Below, one piece after another: positions 1-14,308 of a DNA stretch of 64,000 nucleotides. A program made the translations under genes and the position numbers. Source of the DNA: Camelus ferus (lineage: Eukaryota); the NCBI RefSeq assembly GCF_009834535.1, contig NC_045696.1, positions 33,978,001 through 34,042,000 on the forward strand, read 5' to 3'. Position 1 is the first letter of the stretch; each line of letters opens with the position of its first letter. The notes under the pieces are model-generated. The model was not told the origin of the DNA. It did not search any database and saw only the letters and a list, made by a program, of their open reading frames with translations.

Positions 1-2974
1 CTTTTCACAGTACCTACAAGTCCATATGTCTGTGAGACTGTTCTTTCGAAGGACATTTTCTTCATCCCCTCACTTGTCAAAGCTGAAAAATGCGCTTTGA
101 CAGTTTTCTGGCTTGAAGCTGTTACTTAGTACCAAAGCCTGTGCCTTTGAGAACCACATGAGACCGAGTGGTAAACAGATTCATTTCAGTGAGTTCCTCA
201 GGGTTTGAGTGACTTCAAGACTTTAGTGGTAGGAAAAAAAAATTCCTTGTTACTTCCTTTTGTGCTGCCAAAGGGTAGACTCCTGTTCTCTTGTTAGTGG
301 CGCACCCCTTCCTTCCAAGCAGGTCCTGTTGAGTGTTTCAGCTTCAGCCTGGTTCTTAAGTGGCTCCTTGGCTCCATGGACCAGTATGTAGATAAAGCTG
401 TTGGTGTGATCCTCCTTTGTTTCCCATAGTTTGTTTGTTTTGTTTTTATTATTTTCTTTACTATATGTTAAGACTGATTAATTAAGCTGATACCATTCCT
501 CCCTGCTTTCTGATGTACCCTGTCCAAAGCCTGAGAAATAGATTTGCCGTGCATATCAAATTCTGATTTCTCCTCACCCACTCTCTCATTGTCATTGTCC
601 TTCTGCCTCTGAGTAAATTTGGTTTTTAGGGCCAGCATTTTCTAGTTACTGACCTTTAATATTTCTTTCTTAACCCTTAACCTTTGAGTTCAGAGCATTT
701 TTGCAGTTTCTTCTCCTCATCAGCCTAAGAAGATGGTATATCCCCACGTGGCCAGGACCCCATCCCCCTTTATTGTTCACTGGTGAGCTCTACCGCTCCT
801 GCTCCAGCAGGGCTCACACTCCCAGCTCTTCTGTTCATAGCCGTGATCAGGGTTTATTTAGTGCCCTTGATCAGTGCCGCAGTCCCCACTGTTTCCATTG
901 ATACCAGCTTGCAGAGTTTCAAGATGAAATCTAAAGAGGGGGCTCACTTTCCTCTTGGATCTTGATCTCCAAAAGCCAGTTAATGGAGGTGGTCTCGTAG
1001 GATGTGGGAGCATTTTGTGCACCTGTCTCAATTCTTGTGATGGTTAGATTCAGGATAATTGGTAGGCAGTAAAGTTGCATAAATCAAAATGATTTTTTTC
1101 TCTGAAGAAATACATTTAAAAGCAGAAAATATGACATATTAAGTTAGATTTTAAAATCCATCATGACCTTATAGTACAGCACCAAACCCAGTACCTGGTA
1201 GAGGGGATGCTGTCTAGGAGACCAGCGTGAATCCCGCTGATGGTACGATCTGTGCCTTGTGCCTTAGCGCTTGTGGGGCTGTAATCCTGCTCTGCCCTGT
1301 AAGCTTGAGACAGGCCCCCTCCCTTCTCTCAAAAGATAGACATTTTAAAGGATATTACAAATTAACGAGTGTCCATATTTGCAGTTGATAATTACTTTTT
1401 GCTTTAATCCTCAAATATACACGTAGCTTGTAAATGAGCAGAGTCTAGATGGACAGCCATAATTCAGTTTGGAGCTTGGCCCCAAACCTCGGTAGAGAAT
1501 TCTAGTGAGCTCGACTAGACCACATGAGAGGCCCTTTTAGATTTTTTTTTTTTTTTTTTGGCTTTTCTTCTTCTTTTTCTCTGTAAGCAGATAGACCTTA
1601 TTGACTCAGAAACAAAGAGGGCAGAATGACCTTCTCTGTCTATATCTTCTTAAGTCCAAAATTTAAGTCAGTGATCTTACCACACTGATGCACACATGGG
1701 TTATATTTTGTTCAGTGAGAAGAGCCTGAAGGGCTTGAGACAGGCTTTTAATGCTCAGAGTGGAGCTGGCCTGGGTGGCCCTTCCTAAGTGTTGTGCTGG
1801 ATATGGGTGAGGAGAGGGTGGTGGGTGGGGCGCCTCCAGATACTTGGTACCTCACCGGATGGTAACAGAGAGAGCAGACCATAGGCACATGTGTGTACTT
1901 TTGACATTTTCACAGGTTGAAAGTTCCTTATACCCACCTGTTATGAATGCTTCACAACACCCCGCAAAGTAGATAAAGTGCTGGACTATAAGAATTCAGG
2001 GCACGCTCTGCTCTTCTGACTAGAGAAGGAAGCAGAGGATGGACAGGGAAGCACAGGCTAGACAGGAGCCAAGTGCTTCCCTTCTCCTAGGTCAGCAGTA
2101 GCTATTCTGTCGTTGTCATAACTCAGAATGAGAAGAGGGGAAAGCAAAAAACTGGAAGGGAAATTTCTGATTATTTCAGTGCTCCATGTTTCCATTATGG
2201 AAAAGTATCTATCATAGTTCAGATTTTATTATTGTTAAATTATAAGCCATCTTTCTTGCTAACCAATAGATTTTATTATACATGTTTTTAAAAAAATGTG
2301 TTCAAGTATGACTATTAGACAAAGTCTTTACAGTTAACTATGTATGTTTGTACCCCTTAGAACACTGTTACTGGGGTAGTAGTTGACATGAAGTAAAATA
2401 GGAATAGAAATAGGTAAATAAATAAATTAAATGCATTTATTTCTTGCTGGTAAAGAACTTGTAATCTTGGGAAGAAATGAGACCTACTAAGAAATAAATA
2501 TAATGGAAAATAAACTTGGCCTTAAAAAATATTAAAAGTGTCTCAGAACCTTTCTCATGTTATTCCTTCTGAATTATCTAGAAGAGTAAGTAATTAACTG
2601 TGGGTTTAATGTAGGGATTGTTAAAAAATGAGAGTAATTTGTTTTATAAGATATACCTATCATTTCATGTAAAAAAATTTTTACTGTCTTTTCTTACTTT
2701 CCATAATATATTTTAAAGTGTTATGACTGTGTTTTAGTATATGGCATTAGATGCTCTTGGTTTATAGCTTAGAACTGTTTAAATATTAATAGGTCTATTA
2801 ACAACAGGCTGTGGAAAGTGCAGTAGTTAATTTTCTTTATTTTTCCTCCTCTAATATACAGTGACAGTTATGGTGCACATAGTTACATAACATTAAGAAA
2901 AGTTAAGTCAAACTATCTTGATTAACTTACATGTTTTGTTAAAATTTCATGTCATAATACTTGTTTTTCAACAA

Positions 2975-3686
2975 AGATGGCTGTGTCTATTCTTTACTCT
3001 AATTCTCTGACACCAAGCTGGGTATCTCCAACAATTTAGTCCAGTCCTAACACTGACTGTCTGGAGTTAGCACAGACCCCACAGGTTAAGGGCTCAGTCC
3101 CACAAGCCTGTCCTCACTTAAGGGGCCCATCACAAGTCTTTGATTGCCACCAGTTCTTCTGACCGACCAGCTATAAATTCTAGTGTTACCACAACTCTGT
3201 CTTCAGGTTTGATAATTTATTAGAACAACTCTTAGAACTCAGGAAAGTGCTTTACATGCTATTACCAGTTTATTATAAGTATACAACTCGGGAACAGCCA
3301 GATGGCAGCACGGTATTGGCCTGGGTGGCAGGGGTAGGTAGGGTGAGGAGTGCGGCTCAGAGCTCCTATGCCCTCTCTGGACATGTTATCTTCCCAGAAC
3401 ATAAATATGTTCACCAACCCAGTAGCTCTTCCAATCTCCTTGTTCAAGGGTTTTTATAACCCAATCTCCGGCCCCACTCTTCTCCCTGAGGGATTTGGCT
3501 AAAAGTCCCTACCCTCTAATCAAGTATTTGGACTTTCTGGTAACTAGCCCCACCCTGAAGTTATCTAGGGGTACCCTTCCCTGAGTCAAAAGACATTTCT
3601 ATCACTCAGGAAATTCCAAGGGTTTTAAGAGCACTGTGCTAGGAACTCAGGACAAAGACCAAATATGTATTTTTCATTATACCACT
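2975..3686 (-). mobile_element. MER21-like LTR
   Basis: Segments GGAGTTAGCACAGACCCCACAGGTTAAGGGCTCAGTCCCACAAG and AAGACCAAATATGTATTTTTCATTATACCAC resemble the reverse complement of MER21. Boundaries approximate. Confidence 0.7.
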
Positions 3687-4164
3687 CTAGAAATGAAAAC
3701 ATCTATATTGATAGCATTCTAGATCTTAGCAGTTAAAGCTTTCAGCAGTTGCTTTGTACCATGTCAATTTTCTGGCCACAATTCAACTACCAATATGGTA
3801 GCTTCTCTTTCAACTCAGTACTGTCGTAATTTTAGAAGACCATTATTATCTCAATACTTCATCTTATCTTAGTTGAGTTCAGGGAGTACACAAAGGGATT
3901 GCACTCCAAAAATTAATTTGTAATATTATAGTTTTAAATTTAGAGCATATTTTCTATTGAAATAGTAGGAAAAGTGGTGACTGTTTTCATACCAGTGCAT
4001 TGGCTTTGGCAAGATAGGAAACTAAGCCCAAAAGATGAAAATTGGCAGAGTTTAAGTGTTGAGGATGAAAAAGCTGATGATCGTTGTGAAAGATGGGGAA
4101 ATGAGAACTTTCTTTGCTATTTTGTTTAGTATCAATCTATAAATGTCAGAGGAAAAATAATCTT

Positions 4165-4542
4165 GTTTAGTGGGCCTAATTGTGTCTCCCCAAAATTCAT
4201 ATGTTGGAAACCTGAGCCCTAATGTGACCACATTTGGAGATAAGGTCTTCAGGGAGGTAATTAAGGTTAAATGAGGTCATGAGGGTGGGGCCCTAATCCA
4301 ACAGGACTGGTGTCCTTATGAGAGGAAGAGACACCAGGGATGGGCACACACAGAGAAGAGGCCATGTGAGAACACAGCAAGAAGGTGGCCATCTGCAAGC
4401 CAAAGAGAGAGGCTCAGGAAAAACCAACTCTCCAGCACCGTGATCTTGCGCTTCTAACCTCCAGACCTAGGAGAAAATACATTTCTGTTGTTTAAGCCAC
4501 TCAGCCTGTGGTGTTGGTTATGACAGCCCTAGCAAACTAAGA
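4165..4542 (+). mobile_element. MaLR solo LTR (MLT1A/MLT1B-like)
   Basis: CCCCAAAATTCATATGTTG...GGTAATTAAGGTTAAATGAGGTCATGAGGGTGGGGCCCTAATCC...TTTCTGTTGTTTAAGCCAC...GCAAACTAA. Confidence 0.85.
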
Positions 4543-5874
4543 AGTCATAAAATTTTAGAAAAGGATCCCAACCAGTGCTCCAGGAAGCGTTCATGTCTAA
4601 GAAATGTTTATTCTTTAAAAGGACCCTCAGCGTAATAAATCTGTGGAATAACATATATTTTCCTCTTAAAAGTTGACAATGCATATTCATATATTAAATG
4701 TTCTTAGAAGCCTTGAAGCAAAGAAATCGGTTTAATTGTTTTCAGCATGAAAATTTCTCAAATATGTTTGTCTTCGGAATATCTCCTTCCTCTTCTTTAA
4801 ATGAAACATGTGTTTCCCATCCAGAAGAAAGTAGATGAGGGGAGAGACAACTCCCTCTCTTTTCATCTCGTGTAGATATTATATGGTTTCCTAGTCCTAT
4901 GTTTAAGGAACATGTCGAATGTGTTCTTAGTAAATCCTGAGCATGAGATGTCCACCAATATAACTTAATTGAAATACAGGGTAAGCAAAGGAGGGGAAAT
5001 AGATGTTTTGTATGTAGGATGTAGGAGCTCAGGCATCTTATATTAACTTTTATTGAGAAAGTCATTGTGGTTGATTAGTTATATTCTGTACAGTGACTTG
5101 GAGTGTTTTCATTGTTTGACCTGTATATTTTCATTGATACAGATCTATATTTATAAGGATTATGTCTCTGATAACTTTACTTTTTTGTTTTCCTAAAAGC
5201 GTCACAGTGTAATATCCTATTTAAAATCAGAGGCCTTGAAATCAGAATGCTTGTATATGAATCCTAGCAGTTTTTCTCCCTCGGGCAGATAACTTCAATG
5301 AATATCAATTCCTTCCTCTGAAACAAGTGAGCTAAGAGTACCTACCTTTTAGGGTTGTTGTGAAGCACTTAGCATAGCGCCTGTTACTTAGGATCATTAG
5401 TTATTTGAATCCTGAGTAAAGTTACATTATGACAGAAATACATAGAACATAAGTTGAGGTGCTCCATCACTAAAAAGGATAATGGTTGCTGGCTTTGTTG
5501 CTGTTTTAACTGAGATGAAATTCAGATAACATGAACATTTTAAAGTGAATAGGTCAGTGGCATTTTGTACATTCATAATGTTGTATAACCACCATTGCTA
5601 GTTCCAAAACATTTTCATCACCTCAAAATAAAACCTTGTGTCCATTAAGCAGTGACTCAGTAGCCCTCCCCGACTCCTGCCGACCCCCAACTCTTGGCAA
5701 CTATCAGTCTGCTTTCTGTCTTTGTGGATTTCCCTATTCTGGGTATTTCACATGAGTGTAATCATATCTGGCTTCTTTTCCTTAACATAATATTTTTGAG
5801 GTTTATCCATGTTGTAGTATGTATCAGTACTTCATTTATTTTTATAACTGAATAATATATATTATATAAATATA

Positions 5875-5878
<4 letters not shown>

Positions 5879-5924
<46 letters not shown>

Positions 5925-5928
5925 TGTG
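5879..5928. repeat. (TG)n microsatellite
   Basis: Over 20 TG units preceded by TA-rich sequence. Confidence 0.95.
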
Positions 5929-6453
5929 TATACCACAATTTATCTACCTGTTCATGGACATTTGGGTTCTTCCCACCTTTTGGCTGTTGTATATAGTGCT
6001 GCTGTGAACATTTGTGTAGAGTATTTGTTTAAGTACCTGTTTGAGTTCTTTTGGGTAGATACCTAGGAGGGGAATAGTGGGGTGATTTGGTAATTTTTTG
6101 TTTAACTTTTTGAGGACCCATCAAACCGTTATCCAAAGTGGCTGAAATAATTTACATTCCTACTGGCAATGTACAGGGGTACCAATCTCCACAGCCTCAT
6201 TGACATGTATTACCCTTTTTTGTTTTTGATTGTAGCCATTTTGGCAGACGTGGAATGGTATCTAATTTCCCTAATGACACTTTGCATCTTTTTCATGTGT
6301 TTATTGGCCATTTGTATATCTTCTCTGGAGAAATGTCTATTCAAGTCCTTCACTCATTTATTAATTGGGATATTGGTCTTTTGTTTTTGAGTTGTAAGAG
6401 TTCTTTATATATTTAGGATACTAGACTCTCTAATGCGCCCGTGTGCGCACTCG

Positions 6454-6459
<6 letters not shown>

Positions 6460-6508
<49 letters not shown>
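6460..6508. repeat. Compound (CT)n(AT)n microsatellite
   Basis: Visible directly in the sequence. Confidence 0.95.
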
Positions 6509-6924
6509 ATTTGCAATATTTCTCCCATTTTCTGGGTTGTCTTTTCACTTGATAATATCCTTTGATGCATAGTTTTTAATTTTCACAAAGTCCAGTTTAT
6601 CTATTTTTTCTTTTGTTGGCTTTTGCTTTTGGTGTCATATCTAAGAATCTACTGCCAAATCCCAGATCATGCAGATTTACTCCTGTGTGTTGTTCTAAGA
6701 GTTTTATGATTTTAACTCTTATATTTGGGTCATTAATTTTTTTTTTAGTTAATTTTTATATATAATGTGAGGTAAGGGTTCAGTTTCATTCTTTTTCATG
6801 TGGATATCTAGTTTTCCTGGTGCCTTTTGATGAACAGACTATTCTTCCTCTTGTAGTGGTGGTTTTATATCTGCCTCTTTACTAAAAAGGTACTCTAGTG
6901 AAGTGATTAGGTTCACTGATTCAG

Positions 6925-7105
6925 GAGACAACACTTGGATCCAAATCTGGCATCATTACCACTTACTACCTTGTGACCTTGGGCATGTTATTTAAACTTC
7001 CTCTCAATTTTCTTATATATAAAATAATAGAAAAAGCAACTCCATAGCATTATTGTGAGCATTATACTGTATAATATATATAAAGCACTTAGCAAGATTC
7101 CTGAC
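6925..7105 (+). mobile_element. MIR SINE
   Basis: CCACTTACTACCTTGTGACCTTGGGCATGTTATTTAAAC...TAAAGCACTTAGCA MIR core. Confidence 0.75.
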
Positions 7106-7912
7106 AGTGAGAGAACAGTTTTGGCAAAAATAACTGTCCACGTCTGTGATCCTTCGAAGAAATCACTGTTTAGGAACAACTAACCCAAATTATAGTTCAT
7201 CAGGCTTAGACTAATTCTTTAATTCTTCAAAAGGTGAGACTGATGCATCCAGATGAATTGAGATAAATTAGAAAAACATTAGCAGTGAGTGGACACTTAC
7301 AGTGGAGTACATCAGCCATTGTATATGTTATTTACTCCTTAACAATTCCTATTTTATAATAAACCTGAGGTTTAGGTGGTAACTAACTTTGCAAGGTATC
7401 GTCATCTAACAATCAAGTGGCAGAGGTTGAATTCAGATCCACTTCTGCTTCATTGGAATGTCTGCTACTTCGCTCTGTTACGATGTAAGTACTTAGTGTA
7501 GAAGAAAAGATTTGGTAAACACATTGCCTCTTCCTTGGAATTTCACATAATATTGGAGTAAGGAGAGATAAAACAGGTTTGTGTTTGTGTGTTTGTGTGT
7601 GACGTATGTGCCATATAAAACATGTATACTAATCAGTTCTTTAAGGGAATATTTTATTGTGATTTATATATATACTTTTGGCTCAACCTCAGAATATAGC
7701 ATATTTGTACTTCTGTAATTTTTTATATAATTAATATTTATAATTCATTTTAACATTTGACTACTTTTTTAGTATACTGAATTGAAACAAGAATTTTTAA
7801 CATCTAGTAAATTAAGATTTTTTAAATTGAAGTTTCTGAGTTCAGTATTTTAAATGGTATTGAAGAAGATTTTACAATCTATACATTTAGGTTTCTTTTG
7901 TGGTTCTCTTAG

Positions 7913-8004
7913 ATGTAATAAAGGAACAGAATCGAGAGTTGCGAGGTACACAGAGAGCTATAATCAGAGATCGGGCAGCTTTAGAGAAACAAGAAAAACA
8001 GCTG
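7913..8004 (+). CDS. CHMP2B: CHMP2B coding exon 2 (ESCRT-III subunit)
   Basis: ttctcttAG acceptor (7911-7912), GTAAGT donor at 8005, 92 nt. Encodes (D)VIKEQNRELRGTQRAIIRDRAALEKQEKQL, the CHMP2B N-terminal helix. Confidence 0.97.
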
Positions 8005-8494
8005 GTAAGTAGAACATTAAATTTCAGTTTAACTTTTCAGACAAATTTAGAAATTAGTGTTGGAATAATTAGCTAACTAGCAAAAAGACACAAGGCAGGT
8101 GGTAAGTGATTTACTTTACTAAGAAATGGCATTTAACGCCTTCTTGCAATTTCTGCTTACCTTTGTTTACTGTGTCATTCCGCTGACTTTTACCAGGAGT
8201 CTGTGTGTTCTGCTGATTATAAAATCAAATTATTCTTCAGTTTGTGATAGTCATGAATGCCTAGAAGAAATATTGCTCAGAACAGAGCCACCTTCTTCTC
8301 TGTTCACAGCAAAGATAAAATAGTCCTAGAAACCAAGGGAGAGTAATAAAAAAAAAATTATGCTAACTCAGAGGTATCTTACTTGATATTTTAACTATTA
8401 TTGGGTCTGTGATAATGACTGTACTTTTAAAAATAGATTGCCTGGCTATCGTTAAATATTTTTGTGTTTTTAAATATATAGTGCATAAAATATT

Positions 8495-11400
8495 TTTTAA
8501 AACAGCATTATTGAGCACTATTGACATGCAATAGACTGTTCATTTTTAATGCACACAATTTGATAAATTGTGACTTATGTATTAACTCATGAAACCATTA
8601 CACAGTCAAGTTAATGAACATATCCATCATCCCCAAAAGTTTCTTTAGTCCCTTTGTAATCCCTTCTGCCTACCCCGCCTTGTCTCCCTCCCCACTTAGG
8701 CAAACACTGATCTGTCATTGTAGGTTAGTTTACATTTTCTGGAATTTTATATAAATGGAATCATAAAATGGATTCATTTTTATATGGCTTCTTTCACTGT
8801 TAAGTATTTTGAAATTAATCAGTATTGTTACATGTATCAATATTAACTCCTTTTTATTGATGAATGTTATTCCATTGTGTGGATGTCCACAATTTGTTTA
8901 TCCATTCATCAACCAATGGACATTTGAGTTATTTCCAGGTTTGGGTTATTTTGAATAAAGTTGTTACAAACATTCAATTGAAGTCTTTGTGTGAATATAT
9001 GTTTCCTAGGAATGGGGCTGCTGGACAGATCACAGATTAAATGTATGTTTGACTCTATAAGAATGTTAAACAATTTTGCAACGTTGTTTCCACCAGTTTT
9101 ATATATACATGAGAGTAAAGTTGTTTCACATCCTGGCCAATAGTTGAAGTTGACAATCTTTATTTTAGCCATTCTAGTGGTGTGTAGTAGATTGTCATTT
9201 TTAATTGCATTTCCCTAATTATTAATGATGTTCAGCATCTTTTCATGTGCCTATTTGCTAAGTCCTACCTAAGAAATCTTTGCCTAACCCAAAGTCACTA
9301 ATATTTTCTCTTATGTTTTCTTCTAGAAGTATTATGCTTTTAGTTCTTACATTTAGGACTGTGAATCTTATTGAATTAAATTGTATTATGTTATCAGGTA
9401 AGGGTAGAGGTTCACATTTTGCATATTGAAATTCAGTTGTTCCAGCATCATTTGTTGCTGACATCTTTCCCTATTCAAATGCCTGTTATCTCTGGAAGAT
9501 CAATTGTGCAGATGCACATGGGCCTCATTTTGGCTCTGTGCTATTCCACTGACCTGTATGACTATGCCTAAGCCAATACCACACCGTTTTCACTATAGCT
9601 TAATACTTAAGTCTCAAAGTTATATAGCATTAACCTTTCAGCTTTGTACTTCTTTTTCCAGAATTGTTTTGGCTATTTTAAGTGCTGTGTATTTTCATAT
9701 GAATTTTAGAATAAACTTGTCAATTTCTCCAAAAACGATTAGATTTTGATTGGGATTACATTGAACCAAGTTGAGAAGACATCTTAACAATATTAAGTTT
9801 TCCAGTCCATGAGCATGCTATACTCTCCATTTATTTAGATTTTAAGTTTTTCTTAGTAGTATTTGTACTGGTAATTATTCAGCTCCTGTGCTTCTTCAGA
9901 TTTCTGATATTTTTGTTGCTGGTATATAGATACATTCCTTTTTTTTTTTTTTTTGTATATTGATCTTGAATCCTGTAACCATCCTAAAGTCACTTATTGT
10001 AGTAGTCATTGTGTAGATTCTGTTAGATTTCTACATAAATGATCACGTCATCTGTGAATAAATAAATTTTTTATCTTCCTCTTCAGTCTTCATTTTTTTT
10101 TCCATACCTTACTGCACTGACCAGACCTTCCATTGTTAAAAGTGGAGATAACTTCATCTTTTTTATTGATCTTAGAAGAAAACATTTAGTCTTTCAGCAT
10201 TAAGTATGATATCAACTGTGAGCTTTTTGTACAGGAAACATTTCTCAGATTGAGGAAGTTTCTTTTTTACCCAGTTTGTCGAGAGTTTTTATCGGAAATT
10301 AATTTTGTCAAGTCTTTTTTTTTTTCTGTATCTATTGAGATGATGATCATAAAAGTTTTCCCTCCTCGGTCTGTTAATGTAATAAATTACATCATTGATG
10401 GATTTTCCAAAGTTGAATCAAGCTTTTGTTACTGAAATAAACTTCATTGATACTGATGTACTTTTTAAATATTATTTCAAATTGCTGAAATTTTCACAAG
10501 AATATTAGCATCTGTGTTCATAAAAGATACGAATTTGTAGTTGTCTTTTTGCATAGTGTCTTTATGTGATTTTGACATTAGGGTACTCCTGACCTAAAAG
10601 CATGAATTGATAGCTGTCCTTAACTGTTTTCTTTACTGGAAGGGTTTGTGTGTTTCTTTCTTTAATGTTTGCTAGGACTCATCAGTAAAGCCATTGGGAG
10701 TGAAGTTTTCTTTCTGGATAGATATTTAAACTACAAATTTAATTTTTAAAAAATAGATAGTGGAGGTAGGGGTATATAGTCCATTTGGTAGAGCGTATGC
10801 TGAGCACACGCAAGGTACTTGGTTAAGTTCCCAGTATCTCCATTTAAAAAAGAAAAAAAAAAAAAGGAAATGAATATAAATGAAAAAAAAAAGATACAGA
10901 ATGGAACAGGCTATCTGCCTTTTTGAATGAACTCTGATAGTGTGCATCTGTAAGGTAATTTGTTCTTTTCTACTGAATTTTAAAATGTATTGATACCTTG
11001 TTTATAGTATTTTTATTATCCTTTAACATTTTTAGGATATAAAGTGATGCTCCACTTTGCATTAAATTCATGTGTTCTCTCTGTTGTCTGTCTAAGTTTT
11101 TTTTTCCTCTTCTGACTGGTTAGTGGTTTATCAATTTGATCAGTTTCTTGCAAAAAGATAGCTCTTGATCTTATTAATTTTTTGTATTTTTCCTAGTTTA
11201 TGGATTTCTTTTCTTGCTTATATTATTTCCTTCCTTTCATTTACTTTGTTTTATTTGCTCTTCTTTTTTCTACTTTCTCTAGTTTGAAGTTTACAAGATA
11301 TTCATTTTTTAAAATATGAGTTTTAGTGCTATAAATTTCTCTCTAAGAACTTTTAACTGCAGCCCACACATTTTGGTATGTGGCATTTTCATTTTATTAA

Positions 11401-12360
11401 GTTCAAAATATTAACTCATTTCTCCTTTGATTTTTTTTTTTAAACCCATGATTTATTTCAAGCCATGTTGTTTAATTTCTGTTTGTGATTTTCTTTTCAT
11501 CTTTTTCTTACTGCTTTCTAGTTTAATTTCATTGTAGTTAGAAAACTTACTTTGTATGATTTCAATCCTCGTATAGGTTGAGCCTTGTTTTCTGTTGCAG
11601 AATATGGTATATTTTAGTGTGTGGGGGTTTTTTTGGTTGTTGGTTTGTTCTTTCTTTCTTTCTTTTTTTAGTGTACACTTGGAAAGAGTGAGTATTCTGC
11701 TGTTGGTGATGGAGTTTTTAATAAGTTTTGGTTAGGTCAAGTTGGTGATTGTGTGTTTTTGTAATTCTTCTGTATCTCTACAGATTTTCTTTCCACTTGT
11801 CCTAACAACTATAGCAATATTCTCAAGAAAGAAATTACTGATACCCCTCATGCTAATTGGGTATTTGTCTGTTTCTCCTTTCAGTTCTATCAGTTGTGCT
11901 TCATAAATTTGGAAGCACTGTTGTTAAGTGCATACGTAGTTAGGATTCTTTTGACATCTATATATATTGATTTCTATATCATTATGAAATGCTCCTTTTT
12001 ATTCTGGTAATATTCCTTTTTCTTAAGTTTTATTGATCTGATGTTAATGTAACCACACCAAATTTCCAGATTTTAATAACTATTTAAATAGAATGTTTTT
12101 CTATCCTTTTACTTAGCTTTATTTAGGTAATTAAAGTTGGTTTCTTGAGATAGCTTATAATTGCTTTATGTTCTTATCTGATCTGACAATCTGCCTTTTA
12201 TTTAGATAATAGATGGACCTTTTCACTTAATGTAATTGTCTGTATTGTTAGCTTTAAATCTACCACTATGCTCCTTTTCTTTTTTTTTTTTCGCTTTCTC
12301 CCACTAACTATCTTTAAGTATCCATTTTTTCCTATCTACTTTTGGATTGAGTTTTTAATT
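8495..12360 (-). mobile_element. Long degraded L1 with internal deletions, filling most of CHMP2B intron 2
   Basis: T-rich antisense L1 text. ORF 9258..9464 contains LLEENIRENISDFGLGKDFL, resembling the L1 ORF2 C-terminal region. Confidence 0.85.
10762..10892 (+). mobile_element. Diverged tRNA-derived SINE (Vic-1-like) nested in L1
   Basis: GGGGTATATAGTCCATTTGGTAGAGCGTATGCTGAGCACACGCAAGGTACTTGGTTAAGTTCCCAGTATCTCC followed by an A-rich tail. Confidence 0.7.
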
Positions 12361-12624
12361 TTCTTCTGGGTTTATTGTGAGTGCTGTACTGTTTTGTAGA
12401 CTTGCTTTGTATTTATGGATGAAGGTACTAGTTCTTTCTTCCCCATGTAAAAATGTGGAATAAATTGCCCTCTCAAATTACTGTTTTTTTCTGACTTTAT
12501 AACAGCTTTTGTTCTTCATAATCAGGGGGAAAGAGTACATTGTATATGTTCAATCTGTTCTTCTTAAATCATTGAGAACTCCTCCTTAGTGGTTTTGTCC
12601 CTCTCTTTTTATTTCCTCTCTTAG

Positions 12625-12819
12625 GAATTAGAAATTAAGAAAATGGCCAAAATTGGTAATAAAGAAGCTTGCAGGGTTTTAGCCAAACAGCTTGTACATC
12701 TACGGAAACAGAAAACAAGAACTTTTGCTGTAAGTTCAAAAGTCACTTCTATGTCCACACAAACAAAAGTGATGAATTCCCAGATGAAGATGGCGGGTGC
12801 AATGTCTACTACAGCAAAA
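12625..12819 (+). CDS. CHMP2B: CHMP2B coding exon 3
   Basis: Pyrimidine tract + TAG acceptor, GTAAGT donor at 12820, 195 nt. ELEIKKMAKIGNKEACRVLAKQLVHLRKQKTRTFAVSSKVTSMSTQTKVMNSQMKMAGAMSTTAK. Confidence 0.98.
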
Positions 12820-13688
12820 GTAAGTGGGAACCTTTATGTCCATGGCTTTATAAAATTTTATCTGAGATATTTAAACGTCGATATTCAAATCATATTTTAA
12901 AGCACCCTCTTACATATATGTGATACTGAATCTTTGTAATTTTTAATAAAATGAGTTATAATACTACAAAATTCAGGTAGGTATTTTGAGATTTATTACT
13001 GATTTGTTTTCATATAAATTTTTTGTTTGTTTTAGATCAGTTCCACTGTTCCAAGATTACATGTAGCTTCTAAATTTTTAAACTACTTAAAGTGGTGTTT
13101 GCTTTTTTCCCTTAAATTTAAAAAGATTTTGGGGCCTCTTACTTCATTATGCCGTAAGTGTTGATATAATAATTAGAATAATAATTTCCTTTTGATTCAT
13201 TTCCATGAATGTGTCAAAAGGACACATGAATATTGTCAGAAATTATCAGTTAATTTTATCAGGAACTTAGGATTAACTTAGTGTTTATAAAAAAAAAATC
13301 AGTGTTTTTTTCTACAGAACTTAAAGGACTGTGAGCCTTTCAGATATTTAATAAATAATGAGCTCCTTAATATATTAAGAACCATGAGAAATCAGAAGAA
13401 ATTTAAGACAAAGGCTCCGCTTTCACAGATCTAACAGTTCAATTGGAGTGGAAGGAGGTTAAGATACGTCTGAAAAGGAAACTCACCATACATCAGGCTG
13501 TGCGAGGTGTCAGTGAACTGCACAAATCCTTGAAGACAATGATCTGAAAGGCTTTGTAAAAGACCTAGGTCCTAAAAATACCCCTAGGTTTTAAACATAG
13601 GGAAGGAAGAGTATGAATGTGAAAAGCAAAAGAAAAAAAGCCACAGAGGAGAGAAAGCACAGGTTTATATTAGGAAAATAGCACAGAA

Positions 13689-14308
13689 CAGTTGATTCTT
13701 GTTATCCACAGTAGTTCTGGTCTATAAAGTCAGGAACACTGAATCAGGTGTATCGAACCGTTGCTCCTAGAGGAAGTGCAGGGTAGGTTTCCTGTGAGCC
13801 TTTGGTCATAGTTTTTGTCAACCAATCTATACCAAACCTTGTTTTATGTGTGTTTCTGTTGAAGGACGCCTCACTTATTATAGTTGATTCGTTAAAATTG
13901 AACTCATGGTCAGCAGCACTGTAACTCAAGCCCGAACAAAGCTTATCTAACAAATGTCTTTTCTCCACAAGGCCCATCATAGCCCTCTTACACTTAGCAA
14001 CACGAGAGCACACTTTAGTACTATGCTGGAGGGCATTTTAAACGGTGAAATCACCAACCAGAGGCACAAAATAGACCGCAGGGAAGACACTAGTTTACAT
14101 TATGAAGGCTGAGTCAAAAAGGAAGAGTGTCACCTTGTTTGACCTAAGCTGGAAACATGGGTGTTGGGTGACTCAAATTTTTTGCTGCTCTGCGCATGTC
14201 CACAACTGAACACTGAAGTACTGCAAGTATTGACGTGTAGCTATAAATGTATTTTAGTGAGTGGGCAGATTCACAAGTAAGGAATCCAGAAATAATGAGA
14301 ATCAACTG
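13689..14308. mobile_element. MER82-like Tigger-family non-autonomous DNA transposon, both ends present
   Basis: Terminal inverted repeats CAGTTGATTCT (13689) and AGAATCAACTG (ending 14308), TA on the right flank, 620 bp. Confidence 0.85.

Larger units (their letters stand above)
5505..6850 (-). mobile_element. Old L1 (L1MB-like) 3' fragment containing microsatellites
   Basis: Antisense L1 3' UTR/ORF2-end text such as TGGCCATTTGTATATCTTCTCTGGAGAAATGTCTATTCAAGTCC. Confidence 0.85.

Noticed and set aside
1..2200. CHMP2B exon 1 or its CpG-island promoter
   Set aside because: Moderately GC-rich, but I found no MASLFKKKTV-coding exon and no dense CpG island. This is intron 1, with exon 1 upstream of the window.
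8909..10435. Several 60-90 aa ORFs in CHMP2B intron 2
   Set aside because: Fragments of degraded L1 ORF2 or their antisense frames.
12643..12900. 85-aa ORF as a standalone gene
   Set aside because: It is CHMP2B exon 3 running on into intron 3.
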